The notes: generated by a model from the sequence alone, not told the origin. A stretch of DNA of 64,000 bases from a virus (IMGVR_UViG_3300023284_001411:11453-75452), one strand, 5' to 3'. Counted from the first letter of the stretch, positions 37,479-47,864 are shown. Translations and numbers: made by a program.

Positions 37479-38218
37479 GTGTGTCCTTCCTTCCCCGGCC
37501 CATGGGCCGGAATCCAGATTGATTTGACAGTCTCGCCGACGCCCGTTCCCATACAAAGTCGGCACTTGTCGCAGGTCGTCTTCCTCCCGGCCTCGATCGA
37601 GGCGGGACAGAGAATGTTTTTTTTTAACTTTGATTCGATGGCGCTGTACGTTTTGGTAAATGTGTGCGGAACGACGAAGAACGTCCGCCAACCCGCATCC
37701 TGCGCCTCTCGTCGTTCTTCAAGGGTGTCGACTGACGCCATGCAGATGCGGCGGAGGTCCGGATCGGCCGTCCGCCAGATGTGGGTGTACCCCGTCCAGC
37801 GGTCGGCGTGGTGAATGAGCTCCTCCCACACTCGGGTCGGCACCGCTGCGGGGTCGCCGTACGACCCCACGCGGACGGAAAGTTCCCCTAAATATTTCCA
37901 GGCTTTTGCTGCATAGCAGTAATCCCAATTTTCATCGGCATACATATAAATGCCCCGCTTGTACGCCTCCCAGATCGTCCGTGGTTCGAGGTGCGTTCGC
38001 ACGTAGCACGTGCGCTCGCCGGTCTCGAGGTTGGCGCGGTAGCGACAGCCCCCGCAGATGGACTCGTCGCGCCCGTCGAAGGCCGCCTTGTGCGGCGGGA
38101 CGTCTTGCAGGAGGATCCACGTGCAGAGCATCCGCCCGATCTTGATGTTGCCACCCGGCCGGGCGATAGCAACGATCGGCTCGCCGTCGATGAGGGATTC
38201 ACCTTCGTAAAGAATCAT
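37466..38218 (-). CDS. Cys-rich phage protein (radical-SAM-like / Gp88-like)
   Basis: ICGGCR..CYV, VRVGSYGDP, GYTH.W, CPAS..TCDKCRLC..HG. Confidence 0.55.
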   Translation of the reverse strand: MILYEGESLIDGEPIVAIARPGGNIKIGRMLCTWILLQDVPPHKAAFDGRDESICGGCRYRANLETGERTCYVRTHLEPRTIWEAYKRGIYMYADENWDYCYAAKAWKYLGELSVRVGSYGDPAAVPTRVWEELIHHADRWTGYTHIWRTADPDLRRICMASVDTLEERREAQDAGWRTFFVVPHTFTKTYSAIESKLKKNILCPASIEAGRKTTCDKCRLCMGTGVGETVKSIWIPAHGPGKEGHTWID

Positions 38219-38673
38219 GCCTCGTAGACCACCTTCCCGGTTCCGGTGTCGAAGACGTGTGCCCAGGCATCAGCATCGGCACTGGCGAACACATCGTCCC
38301 AATCACCGCCGTGATTGAGGGCTCTGCCCTTCACTTCGTTTGCTACGTCTACGGCGTAGACTTGGGTGGCACCGCTGCCGACGATGTCCCAGGCACCACC
38401 GCGGGGATGGTCTCGTCGTCCGTTGCCAGCAAAAACTAAATATCGCTTTTTACAGACGTCGTCTCTCAGCGCGTTCATCCTTCTGTTAAGGTCTCTTTGT
38501 TTCTTGTCCTTGACTTCGCGCTCTCGCCGGCTCAGCTCGTCCGTGCGTTCCTTGAGCCTTGCATTCAGAGCGGCGCGGTCGTCAATAAGTTTCAGAATCT
38601 CTTCGAACTCCTCGTCGGGCGTCTCCGGGAATCGTTCGCGTAACCAGTTTTCCTTCGTCTGTACCTCGGGCAT
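38215..38673 (-). CDS. Hypothetical protein
   Basis: Coiled-coil N-terminus; P.GG.WD motif. Confidence 0.55.
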   Translation of the reverse strand: MPEVQTKENWLRERFPETPDEEFEEILKLIDDRAALNARLKERTDELSRREREVKDKKQRDLNRRMNALRDDVCKKRYLVFAGNGRRDHPRGGAWDIVGSGATQVYAVDVANEVKGRALNHGGDWDDVFASADADAWAHVFDTGTGKVVYEA

Positions 38674-38772
38674 GTTAGTTCCTTCCTGTAAAGGCTTCGT
38701 GGCGCCACCAGGCGCTCTCGATGGGAATCAAAAGTGTCCATCCGAACGGATTGAAAATCAACTCTATATGGG

Positions 38773-40665
38773 TCACTCAAGTTTTTCGGCATCACCCCAC
38801 GAGGGTCCGATCTCAATGTCGACTTTGGACGGGACCAGCATCTTGACGCACGTCTCCATGATCTCGGCGCACTCCCGCGCCTCCCGAGGGATCCCCACCG
38901 TTAGATCGAGCTCGTCGTGGACCTGCAGCTGGATCCGGTGTCCGGCCGCCTCGGCCAGGACGAGGGCCAATTTCGTTTGGTCCGCGCTCGAGCCTTGGAT
39001 GATCCGGTTCAGGGCCTTGTAGGCCCAGTCGTAGCCCCGCCCACCGGGCTTCTTCGGGAAGTGACAATGGCGCCCGGCCTGGGTTTTGACGATGCCGTAG
39101 GCTTCCGCCCTGATTTGGGCCTTCTTCGCCAGCTGGCGAATGAACGGGACCTTCTCGTCGAACTCGGCCAGGACCGCGGCCCCCTCGGGGCCGGCGGCCT
39201 CGCGGACAGCGCCGTAGATCTCTTTCATCTCAGTCGGTAGGCCCAAGTTTCGGCAGAGTTTCGCGCCGCCCATCCCGTAGCAGAGGCCCAGGAAGATGAT
39301 CTTTGCCTGACCCCGCTGGGCCTTGGTGGCGTCCGCGCCCCAGATCATGCGGGCCATCATCCAGTGGTTGTCAGTGGTCGGGTCGTTCCGGTACTTCTCC
39401 GCGGCCTCCAGCGCCCGGGTGCAGTGGGTCATGGTCGCGTAGTGGACGATCCAGCGGGGCTCCTGCTGGCTGTAGTCCAGGGCCGCCCAGAGGCCGCCCT
39501 CGTCTGGGACGTAAATGCTCCGCCATACCGAGTCCTTGGGCTGTTGTTGGAAGTTGAAGTCTGAGCTCGAGAGCCGGCCGTAGCGGGCGCCCTTGTCGTC
39601 TCCACTGTCCCTGGTGACCCGGAGCTGATTGAAGGTGCAGTGGGCGCGGCCCCGGATCAAGTGTTTACGGACGGAGTTCACGAAGTCTCGGCGGATCTTG
39701 TCGTTCTTCTTGGCCTCCAAGAATGCTTTGGCCACCGGGTGGTCGATCGCCCCGATGACGTCCTTCGCGGTGGCCGGTTGGCCGGAGGCGGTCCGGGGTA
39801 GTGCAATGCCCAGGGACATGAAGGCCCGCTCTATGAGTTTTTTCTGATCGAGCTCCCCGAGCCCGATGGAGACGCCCGTTTCGTGCTTGATCCGGGCCAG
39901 CGCGCTCGTTTCCTTCTGGGCGTAGATCTGCTCGACCTCGTCGAGCCGGTCTTGGTCGATCCGGACCCCACGTCGCCTCATCTTGACGAGGATCGGCAGC
40001 ACGCGGCTCTCGAGGTTGTAGATGTCCCATAGGCCTTGCTCGTCGATGACGCGCTCCTGGCGGCGCAGGAGGGCCAGGGGAAGGCGTACGTCCTGCTCCG
40101 CATAGGCGCCGACGTGGCGAGCCGGGAGTTTCCAGAGGTCCTTCTTTGGGTCCAGGCCCCAAGCCCGAGCGGCGAGGCCCAGTTGGCCCTCGCTCTTTCC
40201 TGGCATCTTGTAGCGGGCGGCGATGGCGTCGAGGCTGTACTGGAACTGGTTTTCATCGATCAGGGGCTCCGCCACTTGGACGTCGCGGAAGAACTTGACC
40301 CGGGGGAAGGTCACCCTATTTTCTTCCAGGTAGTCGAGGTCGTAGGGTAGGTTCGCCCCGACAAGGATCCCCTTGAAGTTTCGGCCCTGGTCCCTGAGAT
40401 ATCGCCAAATGGTCTCCGGGTCCACGTTCCCGCCGGACTCGTGGTGGATCGGGAGGTAGTGGGCCGGCCCGCGTTCGAGCGCGAAGGAGATGCCCACGAC
40501 GTAGCCATCCCGCCGGACGCCGGGACCAAGCTTTATTAGCTGTGGGTCCCGGGTCTCGACGTCGACCGCCACCCGCTTGGCATCGCCCCACGACGGGAGC
40601 TCGCTCATTCTCGGAGCCTCCCAGTCGCAGGGCGGGTCAAGGTAGGGTTGCTGCACGAATGTCAT
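38773..40665 (-). CDS. DNA polymerase family A with 3'-5' exonuclease
   Basis: VDVET, YAEQD, GRLSSS, LDYSQQEPR, AKIIFLGLCYGMG, IQGSSAD, QVHDEL. Confidence 0.95.
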   Translation of the reverse strand: MTFVQQPYLDPPCDWEAPRMSELPSWGDAKRVAVDVETRDPQLIKLGPGVRRDGYVVGISFALERGPAHYLPIHHESGGNVDPETIWRYLRDQGRNFKGILVGANLPYDLDYLEENRVTFPRVKFFRDVQVAEPLIDENQFQYSLDAIAARYKMPGKSEGQLGLAARAWGLDPKKDLWKLPARHVGAYAEQDVRLPLALLRRQERVIDEQGLWDIYNLESRVLPILVKMRRRGVRIDQDRLDEVEQIYAQKETSALARIKHETGVSIGLGELDQKKLIERAFMSLGIALPRTASGQPATAKDVIGAIDHPVAKAFLEAKKNDKIRRDFVNSVRKHLIRGRAHCTFNQLRVTRDSGDDKGARYGRLSSSDFNFQQQPKDSVWRSIYVPDEGGLWAALDYSQQEPRWIVHYATMTHCTRALEAAEKYRNDPTTDNHWMMARMIWGADATKAQRGQAKIIFLGLCYGMGGAKLCRNLGLPTEMKEIYGAVREAAGPEGAAVLAEFDEKVPFIRQLAKKAQIRAEAYGIVKTQAGRHCHFPKKPGGRGYDWAYKALNRIIQGSSADQTKLALVLAEAAGHRIQLQVHDELDLTVGIPREARECAEIMETCVKMLVPSKVDIEIGPSWGDAEKLE

Positions 40666-41126
40666 TGGGTAGCAACAATGTCGGAGGTAGATGGAGAGAC
40701 GTCGACTGACACCGCGGTGAAGATCCCATCGACAAGGCCCTCGGCCTCTCGAGCCTCGACGTATTTCTCAACGGCGCTCTCCCGCCAGCGCTCCATGAGC
40801 TCGGGGTTGTTTTTCAGGGTTGTGAGCTCTTTACGCTTGAACCAGATGAGGAAAAAAGCGTTGCACGCGATGTGCGCCAAGTGGTGGAGACCCGTGTCCG
40901 AATCGAATTTCTCACCTTGCTTGATGTCGGAGATGTGCCGCAGGAGGGCGCCCCAGAATCGCTTCTCTATTTCCGGGTCTCCATCGGAAGTTTTCCAATT
41001 CTCGGCGGTATACTTCAGAGCTCCATAGGTCATGACCAATGCCACTTGCTCAATAGGTTCCCACGGCACGAGTTCCAGCCGCGGCTTTACATCATCAAAC
41101 TTTAGGGTTACTTCACATGAGCCCAT
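40662..41126 (-). CDS. dATP/dGTP diphosphohydrolase (DUF5664)
   Basis: KFDDVKPRLELVP, MTYGALKY..NW, ALLRH, DSDTGLHHLAHIACN. Confidence 0.85.
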   Translation of the reverse strand: MGSCEVTLKFDDVKPRLELVPWEPIEQVALVMTYGALKYTAENWKTSDGDPEIEKRFWGALLRHISDIKQGEKFDSDTGLHHLAHIACNAFFLIWFKRKELTTLKNNPELMERWRESAVEKYVEAREAEGLVDGIFTAVSVDVSPSTSDIVATQ

Positions 41127-41581
41127 GTTCTTTTTCCTTGTATATTTGCTACTGATGATTTACAGATGCCAAATGTTTTTGCAATTTCTCTTTGACCTAT
41201 GAATTTTTCTAACCTACGAATCATCCTAACGTCGTCGTTAGTCAGATGAGTCAGATGGTGCTTCTCCCCTACAGGAAAACTATTTGGTTTCCTCCTTACT
41301 CGATCCAGACTGTTAGTTTTAGAAGTTCCGGCGTATAGGTGGTCTGGGTTTACACAACCAGGGTTATCACACTTATGACAGATTATTGCTCCTTCAGGTA
41401 TTGGCCCAACGAAGAATTCGTAAGACCTTCGATGGGCAAGTATGTTCCCACCAGCTCCACATGCCCCATACCCTGCTGGGGTCCTTTTACTCCCCAACCA
41501 TTGCCAGCAAGTGTGACCGGCTGAGCATGCTGACCAATCTATTCGGTCATAAAAACTTTGAATCAATAGCTCTTTTCTCAT
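41108..41581 (-). CDS. HNH homing endonuclease
   Basis: CWQW..GYG..AHRRSY..ICHKCDNPGCVNPDHL; AT-rich. Confidence 0.9.
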   Translation of the reverse strand: MRKELLIQSFYDRIDWSACSAGHTCWQWLGSKRTPAGYGACGAGGNILAHRRSYEFFVGPIPEGAIICHKCDNPGCVNPDHLYAGTSKTNSLDRVRRKPNSFPVGEKHHLTHLTNDDVRMIRRLEKFIGQREIAKTFGICKSSVANIQGKRTWAHVK

Positions 41582-42087
41582 TCCAGGTCATCCCTTGTCC
41601 GTTCCCATTGGTAGGACCTCAAAAACTGTTGACATGGTTCTGGGAGTTGGATCCTTTTAAGTGAGGTTATAACCTCTTCTCTTTTGAGTTCCGCGATTTT
41701 ATTTCCCATCGCGATCTGATCGTCAGTCCACATGAGGAATTCTATTTCGTCAAGAGCTTTAAGCCATCCTTCTTTGTCTGTGCCTGGTTGATGGATGCCG
41801 GTTTTTTGTTCGACATACTTCTCAGCCTTGATTATGGTGCTTCGCAGTTCCGGTACTATTCGTTTAATAATAGACGGGGTGTCTCCCGTCCAACGCTCAA
41901 ACAGGTCATGTCGAAGAATAGCGCTGTAAAGCTTTTTTGGTGGATCAGGATGTAGTTCTTCAAGCAAGATCAACATGTGAAAAGAGTGTTGGGCCACGTC
42001 GTACGATCCATGGTGCGGGAAGCAATGGCATCGTTGCGTTGTACCGCCCTCTCTCATGCGGATGATCTTTGTTACTTGGTCTTCCAT
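41578..42087 (-). CDS. HD-domain phosphohydrolase (5'-deoxynucleotidase-like)
   Basis: VAQHSF, LRHDLFERWTGD, KALDEIE. Confidence 0.85.
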   Translation of the reverse strand: MEDQVTKIIRMREGGTTQRCHCFPHHGSYDVAQHSFHMLILLEELHPDPPKKLYSAILRHDLFERWTGDTPSIIKRIVPELRSTIIKAEKYVEQKTGIHQPGTDKEGWLKALDEIEFLMWTDDQIAMGNKIAELKREEVITSLKRIQLPEPCQQFLRSYQWERTRDDLE

Positions 42088-42312
42088 GGATCGTACTCTC
42101 TTTCTTTGCCGTCTTTTCGGTGTTCGTAGATCTCAGACTTCTCCATCATCGTCGCACAGATGGCGCCGTCCCAGTAAGTAAGCGCCCTACAGATGACCTC
42201 CTCCGGGTCGGGGATCCCGAGGTAGCTCTGGAGAAACTCAAGCCGATCAAGGATCTTCTTGGGCATCAGGTACTTTCGGGATCTCCGCCGCGGTGCAACA
42301 GGGATTTTTCTT

Positions 42313-42651
42313 TCAGACACCGCCGTTGACGACCTTTTTTGCCACTCGCTCAGCCACCAGATCCATTTTCTTATCTTCCAGGGCATCGCGCCGTAACTTG
42401 AGTTTACGTCCGCCCAGGTAGGCATTTTGTATACCCATGAGAGCAAGCATAATAGCCTGGCCGTAAGGGCCGGTGAAAGGGGCCGCGGCCCCGCCGACAA
42501 TCTCGGCCCGGGATTTACCATCGGGATCGGCGGCTGTCTCGGTCCCTGGCCGAGTGAGGAAGAGGTAGTCCAGCGGCGCGCACGCATCGAGGGTGAGGGC
42601 GAGCGCCCCGAGAAGGAGCAGTGAGGCGAGAAAGTTTGTGGAAGGTTTCAA
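42313..42651 (-). CDS. Putative lipoprotein
   Basis: Hydrophobic signal with LDAC lipobox; start uncertain (TTG). Confidence 0.45.
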   Translation of the reverse strand: MKPSTNFLASLLLLGALALTLDACAPLDYLFLTRPGTETAADPDGKSRAEIVGGAAAPFTGPYGQAIMLALMGIQNAYLGGRKLKLRRDALEDKKMDLVAERVAKKVVNGGV

Positions 42652-43118
42652 TGGTATTCCTCCGTGTGAATGTGAATATGGCCGTTGGGGTCCTCCCGCA
42701 GGCCGAAGCCGACGTAATCCCAAATCAGATACAGCTGCCCATATGTCTCCTGGTAGGTGCCTTTGGTGGTGACCGCTTGGCACTCCTCGAACGTCGCCCC
42801 CTCCGGGCGGGTCAGGAGCGTGATTATTTTGTCGCGGATAGTGCCCTTTCGCCATTGTACGATCCGCCCGCGGTAGGGCCGATTGAACTTCACTTTCCTT
42901 TCCGTGGGCGGCGGCGGTGAAAACCTGTCCTTGAGTACATCCCGGACAAGTCTTTCCGCTCTCTGGCGGCTATCAAATACCTCCCACTCAATCTTATCTT
43001 CGGTGAGTTCGAAATACAGCGCCGCGAGCTGCGGCAAAGTATACGCGCCCAGCATTTCCATGTAGACCCGACCGACCGACACGGTTTCAACAAAATTGTT
43101 TTCTTTTTCAGAGCACAT
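42648..43118 (-). CDS. Hypothetical protein
   Basis: IITLLTRPEGATFEE wHTH-like segment. Confidence 0.55.
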   Translation of the reverse strand: MCSEKENNFVETVSVGRVYMEMLGAYTLPQLAALYFELTEDKIEWEVFDSRQRAERLVRDVLKDRFSPPPPTERKVKFNRPYRGRIVQWRKGTIRDKIITLLTRPEGATFEECQAVTTKGTYQETYGQLYLIWDYVGFGLREDPNGHIHIHTEEYH

Positions 43119-43131
43119 GTTTCATCCTAAG

Positions 43132-43159
43132 AAAAACCCGGGGTGCAAGCACCCCGGGC
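43132..43159 (-). terminator. Rho-independent terminator
   Basis: CCCGGGGTGC-TT-GCACCCCGGG followed by TTTTT. Confidence 0.8.
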
Positions 43160-43176
43160 TAAGGAGAAAAGGAAAT

Positions 43177-44004
43177 TCAGAAGGCTCCTCCTCCGTCGCC
43201 TTCTGAGGCCCCGCCTTCGTCTTGCTTGGTCACGTCGGCCTTGGCCGTCCCGGCCTCGACCATTCTGGACAGCTCCTTCGCTGCCAAGAACCGGGCGTCG
43301 GTGGGAGCAAGCATACTCGCCAAGATCCGATCGTGGACCTTCATCGTTGAGTCACCGCCCGTGGGGGTAACGACGAAGTTGTAGTACGTCCCCTTCTTGC
43401 CCGTCTCCCGAACGGTCGTAAGATTGACCGGGTGGGCGTAGAGCGGGGGCCGACGCTTGGTGTCGCCTGCGAGAACGGTGATCTTGTTCAAGGCCGTTCG
43501 CCAGGCGCGGTAGACCTTCAGCTTCGAAGACGTGAAGGAGATGGCGGCCGGTTCGACGGGCTCGGCCTCTTCACAAATGAACCCGTAGACGGTGATCGTC
43601 TCGACGATGTCGTTGTTCGTCTCTGGATTCTTCAGTAGTCCGAACTTGGTCGCCGTCCGCAGGCGCAGGATGAGATCAGACTCCGGGTCGTGGACGCCGA
43701 CGAAGCCGCCGCCGCTGGTCCGCGGGATCCACTCGATGAAGGACTTGACCCGAAAAGCCGGGACAAAGAGGAGCTTGTTCGTTCGGTCCTTGCTGACCGA
43801 GTTGATGATCTCCCCGGCCTTCGCGCCGTCGATGGCCTTTCCGTCCGCCCCGGTGATCTCGGGGGAGAGGTCCTGCAGGATGTTGACCCAAGGAATCAGG
43901 AGCTCGTCGCTGCTCTGATCCTGGAAGCCCTGCTCGAAGTCGTCACCGTAGTCGAACTTCTCGAGCTCAAGCTTCTCACGTTTTGTCAATGCCTTCGTCT
44001 CCAT
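43177..44004 (-). CDS. Putative ssDNA-binding/annealing protein
   Basis: IPWVNILQDLSPE, FIEWIPR..GGGFV; acidic/Gly tail ending in F; replication module context. Confidence 0.55.
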   Translation of the reverse strand: METKALTKREKLELEKFDYGDDFEQGFQDQSSDELLIPWVNILQDLSPEITGADGKAIDGAKAGEIINSVSKDRTNKLLFVPAFRVKSFIEWIPRTSGGGFVGVHDPESDLILRLRTATKFGLLKNPETNNDIVETITVYGFICEEAEPVEPAAISFTSSKLKVYRAWRTALNKITVLAGDTKRRPPLYAHPVNLTTVRETGKKGTYYNFVVTPTGGDSTMKVHDRILASMLAPTDARFLAAKELSRMVEAGTAKADVTKQDEGGASEGDGGGAF

Positions 44005-44016
44005 AGTTCTATGGTC

Positions 44017-44550
44017 CTATTCTTCTGTGACCTTGGCAAAGGTCCGATGGAAAACACTAAAACATGGAGGGAGTTCCTCCCCCTCCTCCAGAATCATCTT
44101 CCGCACCCAGGCAGCCATCGTCGAATGATGTACCTCCTTTTCCTGTTTGACGCCTGGGTATTTGCCTCGGAGAGAGTCGAGGAGTTGTATAACCTCGACC
44201 TCTTGCTCCCGGTTGAACGCTACCACCACTTGCCGCTTGATCATGCCGCCGTAGCCGTTCTTCTCGAGCCACTCATGGGCTTCGGGGCGATCGGCCTTGG
44301 TCACGCTGCCTTTGACGTCCTCGGTCAAGGTCACTTCGAAGCTTCCGACAGTAACTCTATTATGACCAAGTTCGCTCATGAGCTCGGGGAGATGGGTCTC
44401 CTCGATTGCGGCGACCTCTTTCTCCATCTTCTTGAATTGAAACTCCGCTGCCGCAAGCTCCTTTCGCTTGTCGCGGAGGTGACGGACCATGTTAATCAAC
44501 TTGGCCATCTGCTCCGGCAAAACCTTCTCGAAGTCGTCTCCGTAATCCAT
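44017..44550 (-). CDS. Conserved replication-module protein
   Basis: LPELMSELG, AHEWLEKNGYGGMIK, VHHSTMAAWVR motifs. Confidence 0.65.
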   Translation of the reverse strand: MDYGDDFEKVLPEQMAKLINMVRHLRDKRKELAAAEFQFKKMEKEVAAIEETHLPELMSELGHNRVTVGSFEVTLTEDVKGSVTKADRPEAHEWLEKNGYGGMIKRQVVVAFNREQEVEVIQLLDSLRGKYPGVKQEKEVHHSTMAAWVRKMILEEGEELPPCFSVFHRTFAKVTEE

Positions 44551-44587
44551 CCTGTTCTCCTTTGAGTGAGAGTCTATCCTACCACGA

Positions 44588-46087
44588 TCAAAGCCATTCT
44601 CGAAGCTTATCTTTTGTAATTGTCGAAGCGAGCGTGCGCTTCTCGCGGAGCGAGTCGATGATGTGGGAGTCCACGGTGTTGATGCCGCAGAGGTCGATGT
44701 AGAGGACCGAGTTCGTCTGCCCGATGCGGTGGGCGCGGTCCTCGGACTGTAGGCGATGCTCGAAATTGAAGCTGTTGGAATAGTAGATCACGGTCTTCGC
44801 CCGGTGGAGTGTTAGGCCGACGCCCGCAGCCGCGGGGTTGCCCACAAAGAAGCGGACGTCTCCATCCTGGAACCGGTTCCGGGCGATCTGGCGCTCGCGG
44901 TCGTTGACCTTTCCGTCGAAGCGTACGGCGTGCGCCCCAAGCTCCGCACAGATCTGGTTGATGTCCTCGCGGAACCGCGCCCAAATGATAGCCGAGCCGT
45001 CGACGTCGGTGAGGGTGTCCAGGAGGAGCTTTAGCCGGGGGTTCTCCGGGAGCCGTTGTAACTTGTGTTTGTCGTCGACGACATAGCCGCATGTCAGCTG
45101 CTGCAGCCGCAGGAGTCGCGTAATCACAAGCGGCGCCGTAATGAGCTCTCCGGAATCCAGGAAGGTCATGAAGTCGCGGATGAGGTCCTCATAGATCTTC
45201 CTCTGCTGCGATGAGAGGTCGAAGTACCGCTTTGTGTATAGCTTGGGCGGAAGGTCAAGGACATCCTCTTTTAGGACGCGAGTCGTGTGCTCGGCCACGG
45301 TGTCCGACAGAATCTCAAGGTTCTTGTATTCCACGAGGTCCGGGAAGCGCCTCTCATTAGACCTACCCTCGTTTGCCACTCGTGTCACCCAGACCCCGAA
45401 GAAGGTCTTGAAGGCGAAGAAGTCCCCGAAGCCGCGGTCCTTCCAGAATCGCTCGTCGAGGAACTTCATTTGGGAGTAGATATCGAAGGGGCTGTTCGTG
45501 ATCGGCGTCCCAGAGAGGATTCTCTTGTAGGTCGCTCGGCGCCCAGACGCGACCACGGAGATGGTCCGCTTGGCCTTGGGGCTCTTGATCCGCTGCGACT
45601 CGTCGAGGACGTAAAAGGTGTTCCGCTCATGGAGGAACTTCTCCGCAAACTGCCGTCCCTTCTTGGTCATGAAGGCGTCGTAACTCATCGTGACGATCGG
45701 GAACCCCCGGTAGGCCAGGACCTCCTCGCAGGCTTGCTTATGCCACTTGGTCAAGGCTCGCTTCGACTGGTAGACGTGGACCTTGATGGGGACGTCCTCG
45801 GGCATATGGGCCGGGATCTCGTCCGTGGCCCAGTTTACCTGAACGCCGTTTGGCGCCAGGACCAGGAGCCCGTCGGCCTTCTGCGCCCGCCAGAGGTGGG
45901 CGGCCGTGTCGAGGATGAGCTTCGTTTTCCCCGTGCCCTGCTCCCAGAGGATGCCGCGGACCTCGCGATCCTTGCTAATCATCCACTCCGTGGCCTGATG
46001 CTCCAGGGGATCTGTCTTGAATGTTAGTGCTGTTGCGACGGTGAACTCATCCCAACCAAGATCGGATTTTGTCATGTGGTTCCCCAT
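44588..46087 (-). CDS. SNF2-like DNA helicase
   Basis: EQGTGKT, LDESQRIK, LSGTP, GVGLTL, QSEDRAHRIGQ. Confidence 0.95.
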   Translation of the reverse strand: MGNHMTKSDLGWDEFTVATALTFKTDPLEHQATEWMISKDREVRGILWEQGTGKTKLILDTAAHLWRAQKADGLLVLAPNGVQVNWATDEIPAHMPEDVPIKVHVYQSKRALTKWHKQACEEVLAYRGFPIVTMSYDAFMTKKGRQFAEKFLHERNTFYVLDESQRIKSPKAKRTISVVASGRRATYKRILSGTPITNSPFDIYSQMKFLDERFWKDRGFGDFFAFKTFFGVWVTRVANEGRSNERRFPDLVEYKNLEILSDTVAEHTTRVLKEDVLDLPPKLYTKRYFDLSSQQRKIYEDLIRDFMTFLDSGELITAPLVITRLLRLQQLTCGYVVDDKHKLQRLPENPRLKLLLDTLTDVDGSAIIWARFREDINQICAELGAHAVRFDGKVNDRERQIARNRFQDGDVRFFVGNPAAAGVGLTLHRAKTVIYYSNSFNFEHRLQSEDRAHRIGQTNSVLYIDLCGINTVDSHIIDSLREKRTLASTITKDKLREWL

Positions 46088-46120
46088 AAAAACAGCCCAG
46101 GACCAAGGTCCCAGGCTGTC
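46088..46120 (-). terminator. Rho-independent terminator
   Basis: ACAGCCTGGGACC-TT-GGTCCTGGGCTGT followed by TTT. Confidence 0.65.
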
Positions 46121-46168
46121 AAAGGAGGGAAGGAATTCAAATCCCTCCTATTATAACCAGCCTGGGGG

Positions 46169-46459
46169 TTAGAAGGCGCTTGGAGTTTCAGTTTTTCCCC
46201 CGCCGCTGCCGATTTTGCCTTGCACTATACAAAGTTCACGGTAGGCTGCCTGTAGAACAAGAATCAGGGCCGGGATCTCGCGATCCGAAAAAGACGTCGT
46301 GCTTTCCCATTTGCCGGTAGCAGGGTTCTTGTAGCTCTTGCTGGCCTTGAAGTTGTACCAAGGATGCTTGGTCTTCTCGTTTATATGGGTCCAGACCGAA
46401 ACCTGGACCGGCCATGCCTCGAGCTTGAAATCGGGCGGTCGCTGCCTTTCACTCATCAT
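46169..46459 (-). CDS. Small SSB-like protein
   Basis: VSVW..KSYK..GKWESTTSF motif; acidic/aromatic C-terminus. Confidence 0.5.
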   Translation of the reverse strand: MMSERQRPPDFKLEAWPVQVSVWTHINEKTKHPWYNFKASKSYKNPATGKWESTTSFSDREIPALILVLQAAYRELCIVQGKIGSGGGKTETPSAF

Positions 46460-46497
46460 ATTCCTCCTATGAGATTGTAAAGAGTCTATCCTACCAC

Positions 46498-47850
46498 TTA
46501 CTTCGAGGCGGTCCTAACTCTTTCTTCATCCTTTGCCCAAACTACATGGCTCCCGCGGATGCCCGTGCGGTCGTAGCGGCAAGCTTCAACGGACTTGATG
46601 GGGTGGCCGAGCCATCCGTTTTTGTAGTGGTAGGCATCGGTCGCGCAGAGGCAGGGGTTCATCCGGATGATCAGTTCGTTTGTTGACATGAGTCCTTGAA
46701 CCCACTTCTCATCCTTGCGATGTTTGTGACCGATCTGGAGTTCGCGGTAGGTGGCGTCGTCCCATTTCCCGCGGGTCTCCCGGGAGAACGTCGAGAAGGT
46801 GTTGGTGAGCTTGAGATCCTTCCCGTGCTCCCAGCCCAGGAGTGTGCCTCCGAAGCTGGCGTATTTGCGGGAGGTCGCGTCCATATCAAACGTTACGCGG
46901 GGGTCGTTGAGAAAACGTTGGTTGAGGGCGGAGATGATTCCGTAGCTGGACGAGGGGTCGTGATTTCCGGGGACGTAGAACGCCCGCACGTCGTCGGTTA
47001 GCTCGAGCGCCCGGTTGATCATGTGCGCCAGGCAGTTTAGGCCGGTCTCATATACCTTCTGGTAGCGCGAGTCGGAGTCAAGGGGCGCGGTCTCCTGCGC
47101 GGTCATCTTCCGGACGGAGTCGTAGTGCATGTAATCGTTGCCGATCGGCATCCAGATCCTGTCGATGGGGTAAAGGGAAAGCTCTTCCACCATATCATCA
47201 ATAGAATTCATGACGCGATGCTTCGCGATGTGGACGTCGTAGTCGTTACCGGTCTCCCCGCGCCATGCGTACATCCCGATGTGGACATCCCAAAGGCCCC
47301 AGCTCACGGCGTAGCCTCCGTCTTTCTTCGTCTTTTTCCGCCCGAGCTTCAGCTTCGGCAAGGGCCTGACGTTCTGACTGCCGAACTCAATGATGGCTCT
47401 TGCCAGAGGGTCAGAAACGGCCCGGGTAAACCCTACTCCGGAGGCGAAGAACTGGACCTTCTTGTTAGACGCGAGCTTCTGTCCCGTCTTCTCATCTATG
47501 ATGTCTACACGGTGAGTTCCCTGCCAGGTTTTTAGCTTGCCGCTGCTGAGTACCCACTTTCTCAGGTCGACTTTCGCCAGGCTCGCCAGCTCTTCACCAT
47601 TTAGCGGGCGATCCATTTTCAGGATGTCCACAGTTCCATCGATATCCAGCTTATCTATGATCTGGTTGACAGGCTGATCAGGCGGTGGGCCACATTTCTC
47701 GGTTCCGACCTGCTCGATCTTTTTCAGCGCTCGATGGATGGTTGAGCCGTTGACACCGATCTTATCCCCAATCTCCCGCGCAGTCCAGCCTTGGCGGTGT
47801 AGCTCAATTGCTTCGCGGATTTGGTCCGCGGTTAGCTTTTGCAGCCCCAT
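46498..47850 (-). CDS. HTH + calcineurin-like metallophosphoesterase
   Basis: N-terminal HTH; DVHIG, GNDYMHYD, PGNHD, EHG, GHKH. Confidence 0.8.
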   Translation of the reverse strand: MGLQKLTADQIREAIELHRQGWTAREIGDKIGVNGSTIHRALKKIEQVGTEKCGPPPDQPVNQIIDKLDIDGTVDILKMDRPLNGEELASLAKVDLRKWVLSSGKLKTWQGTHRVDIIDEKTGQKLASNKKVQFFASGVGFTRAVSDPLARAIIEFGSQNVRPLPKLKLGRKKTKKDGGYAVSWGLWDVHIGMYAWRGETGNDYDVHIAKHRVMNSIDDMVEELSLYPIDRIWMPIGNDYMHYDSVRKMTAQETAPLDSDSRYQKVYETGLNCLAHMINRALELTDDVRAFYVPGNHDPSSSYGIISALNQRFLNDPRVTFDMDATSRKYASFGGTLLGWEHGKDLKLTNTFSTFSRETRGKWDDATYRELQIGHKHRKDEKWVQGLMSTNELIIRMNPCLCATDAYHYKNGWLGHPIKSVEACRYDRTGIRGSHVVWAKDEERVRTASK

Positions 47851-47864
47851 CCTTTCCTCCTCAG

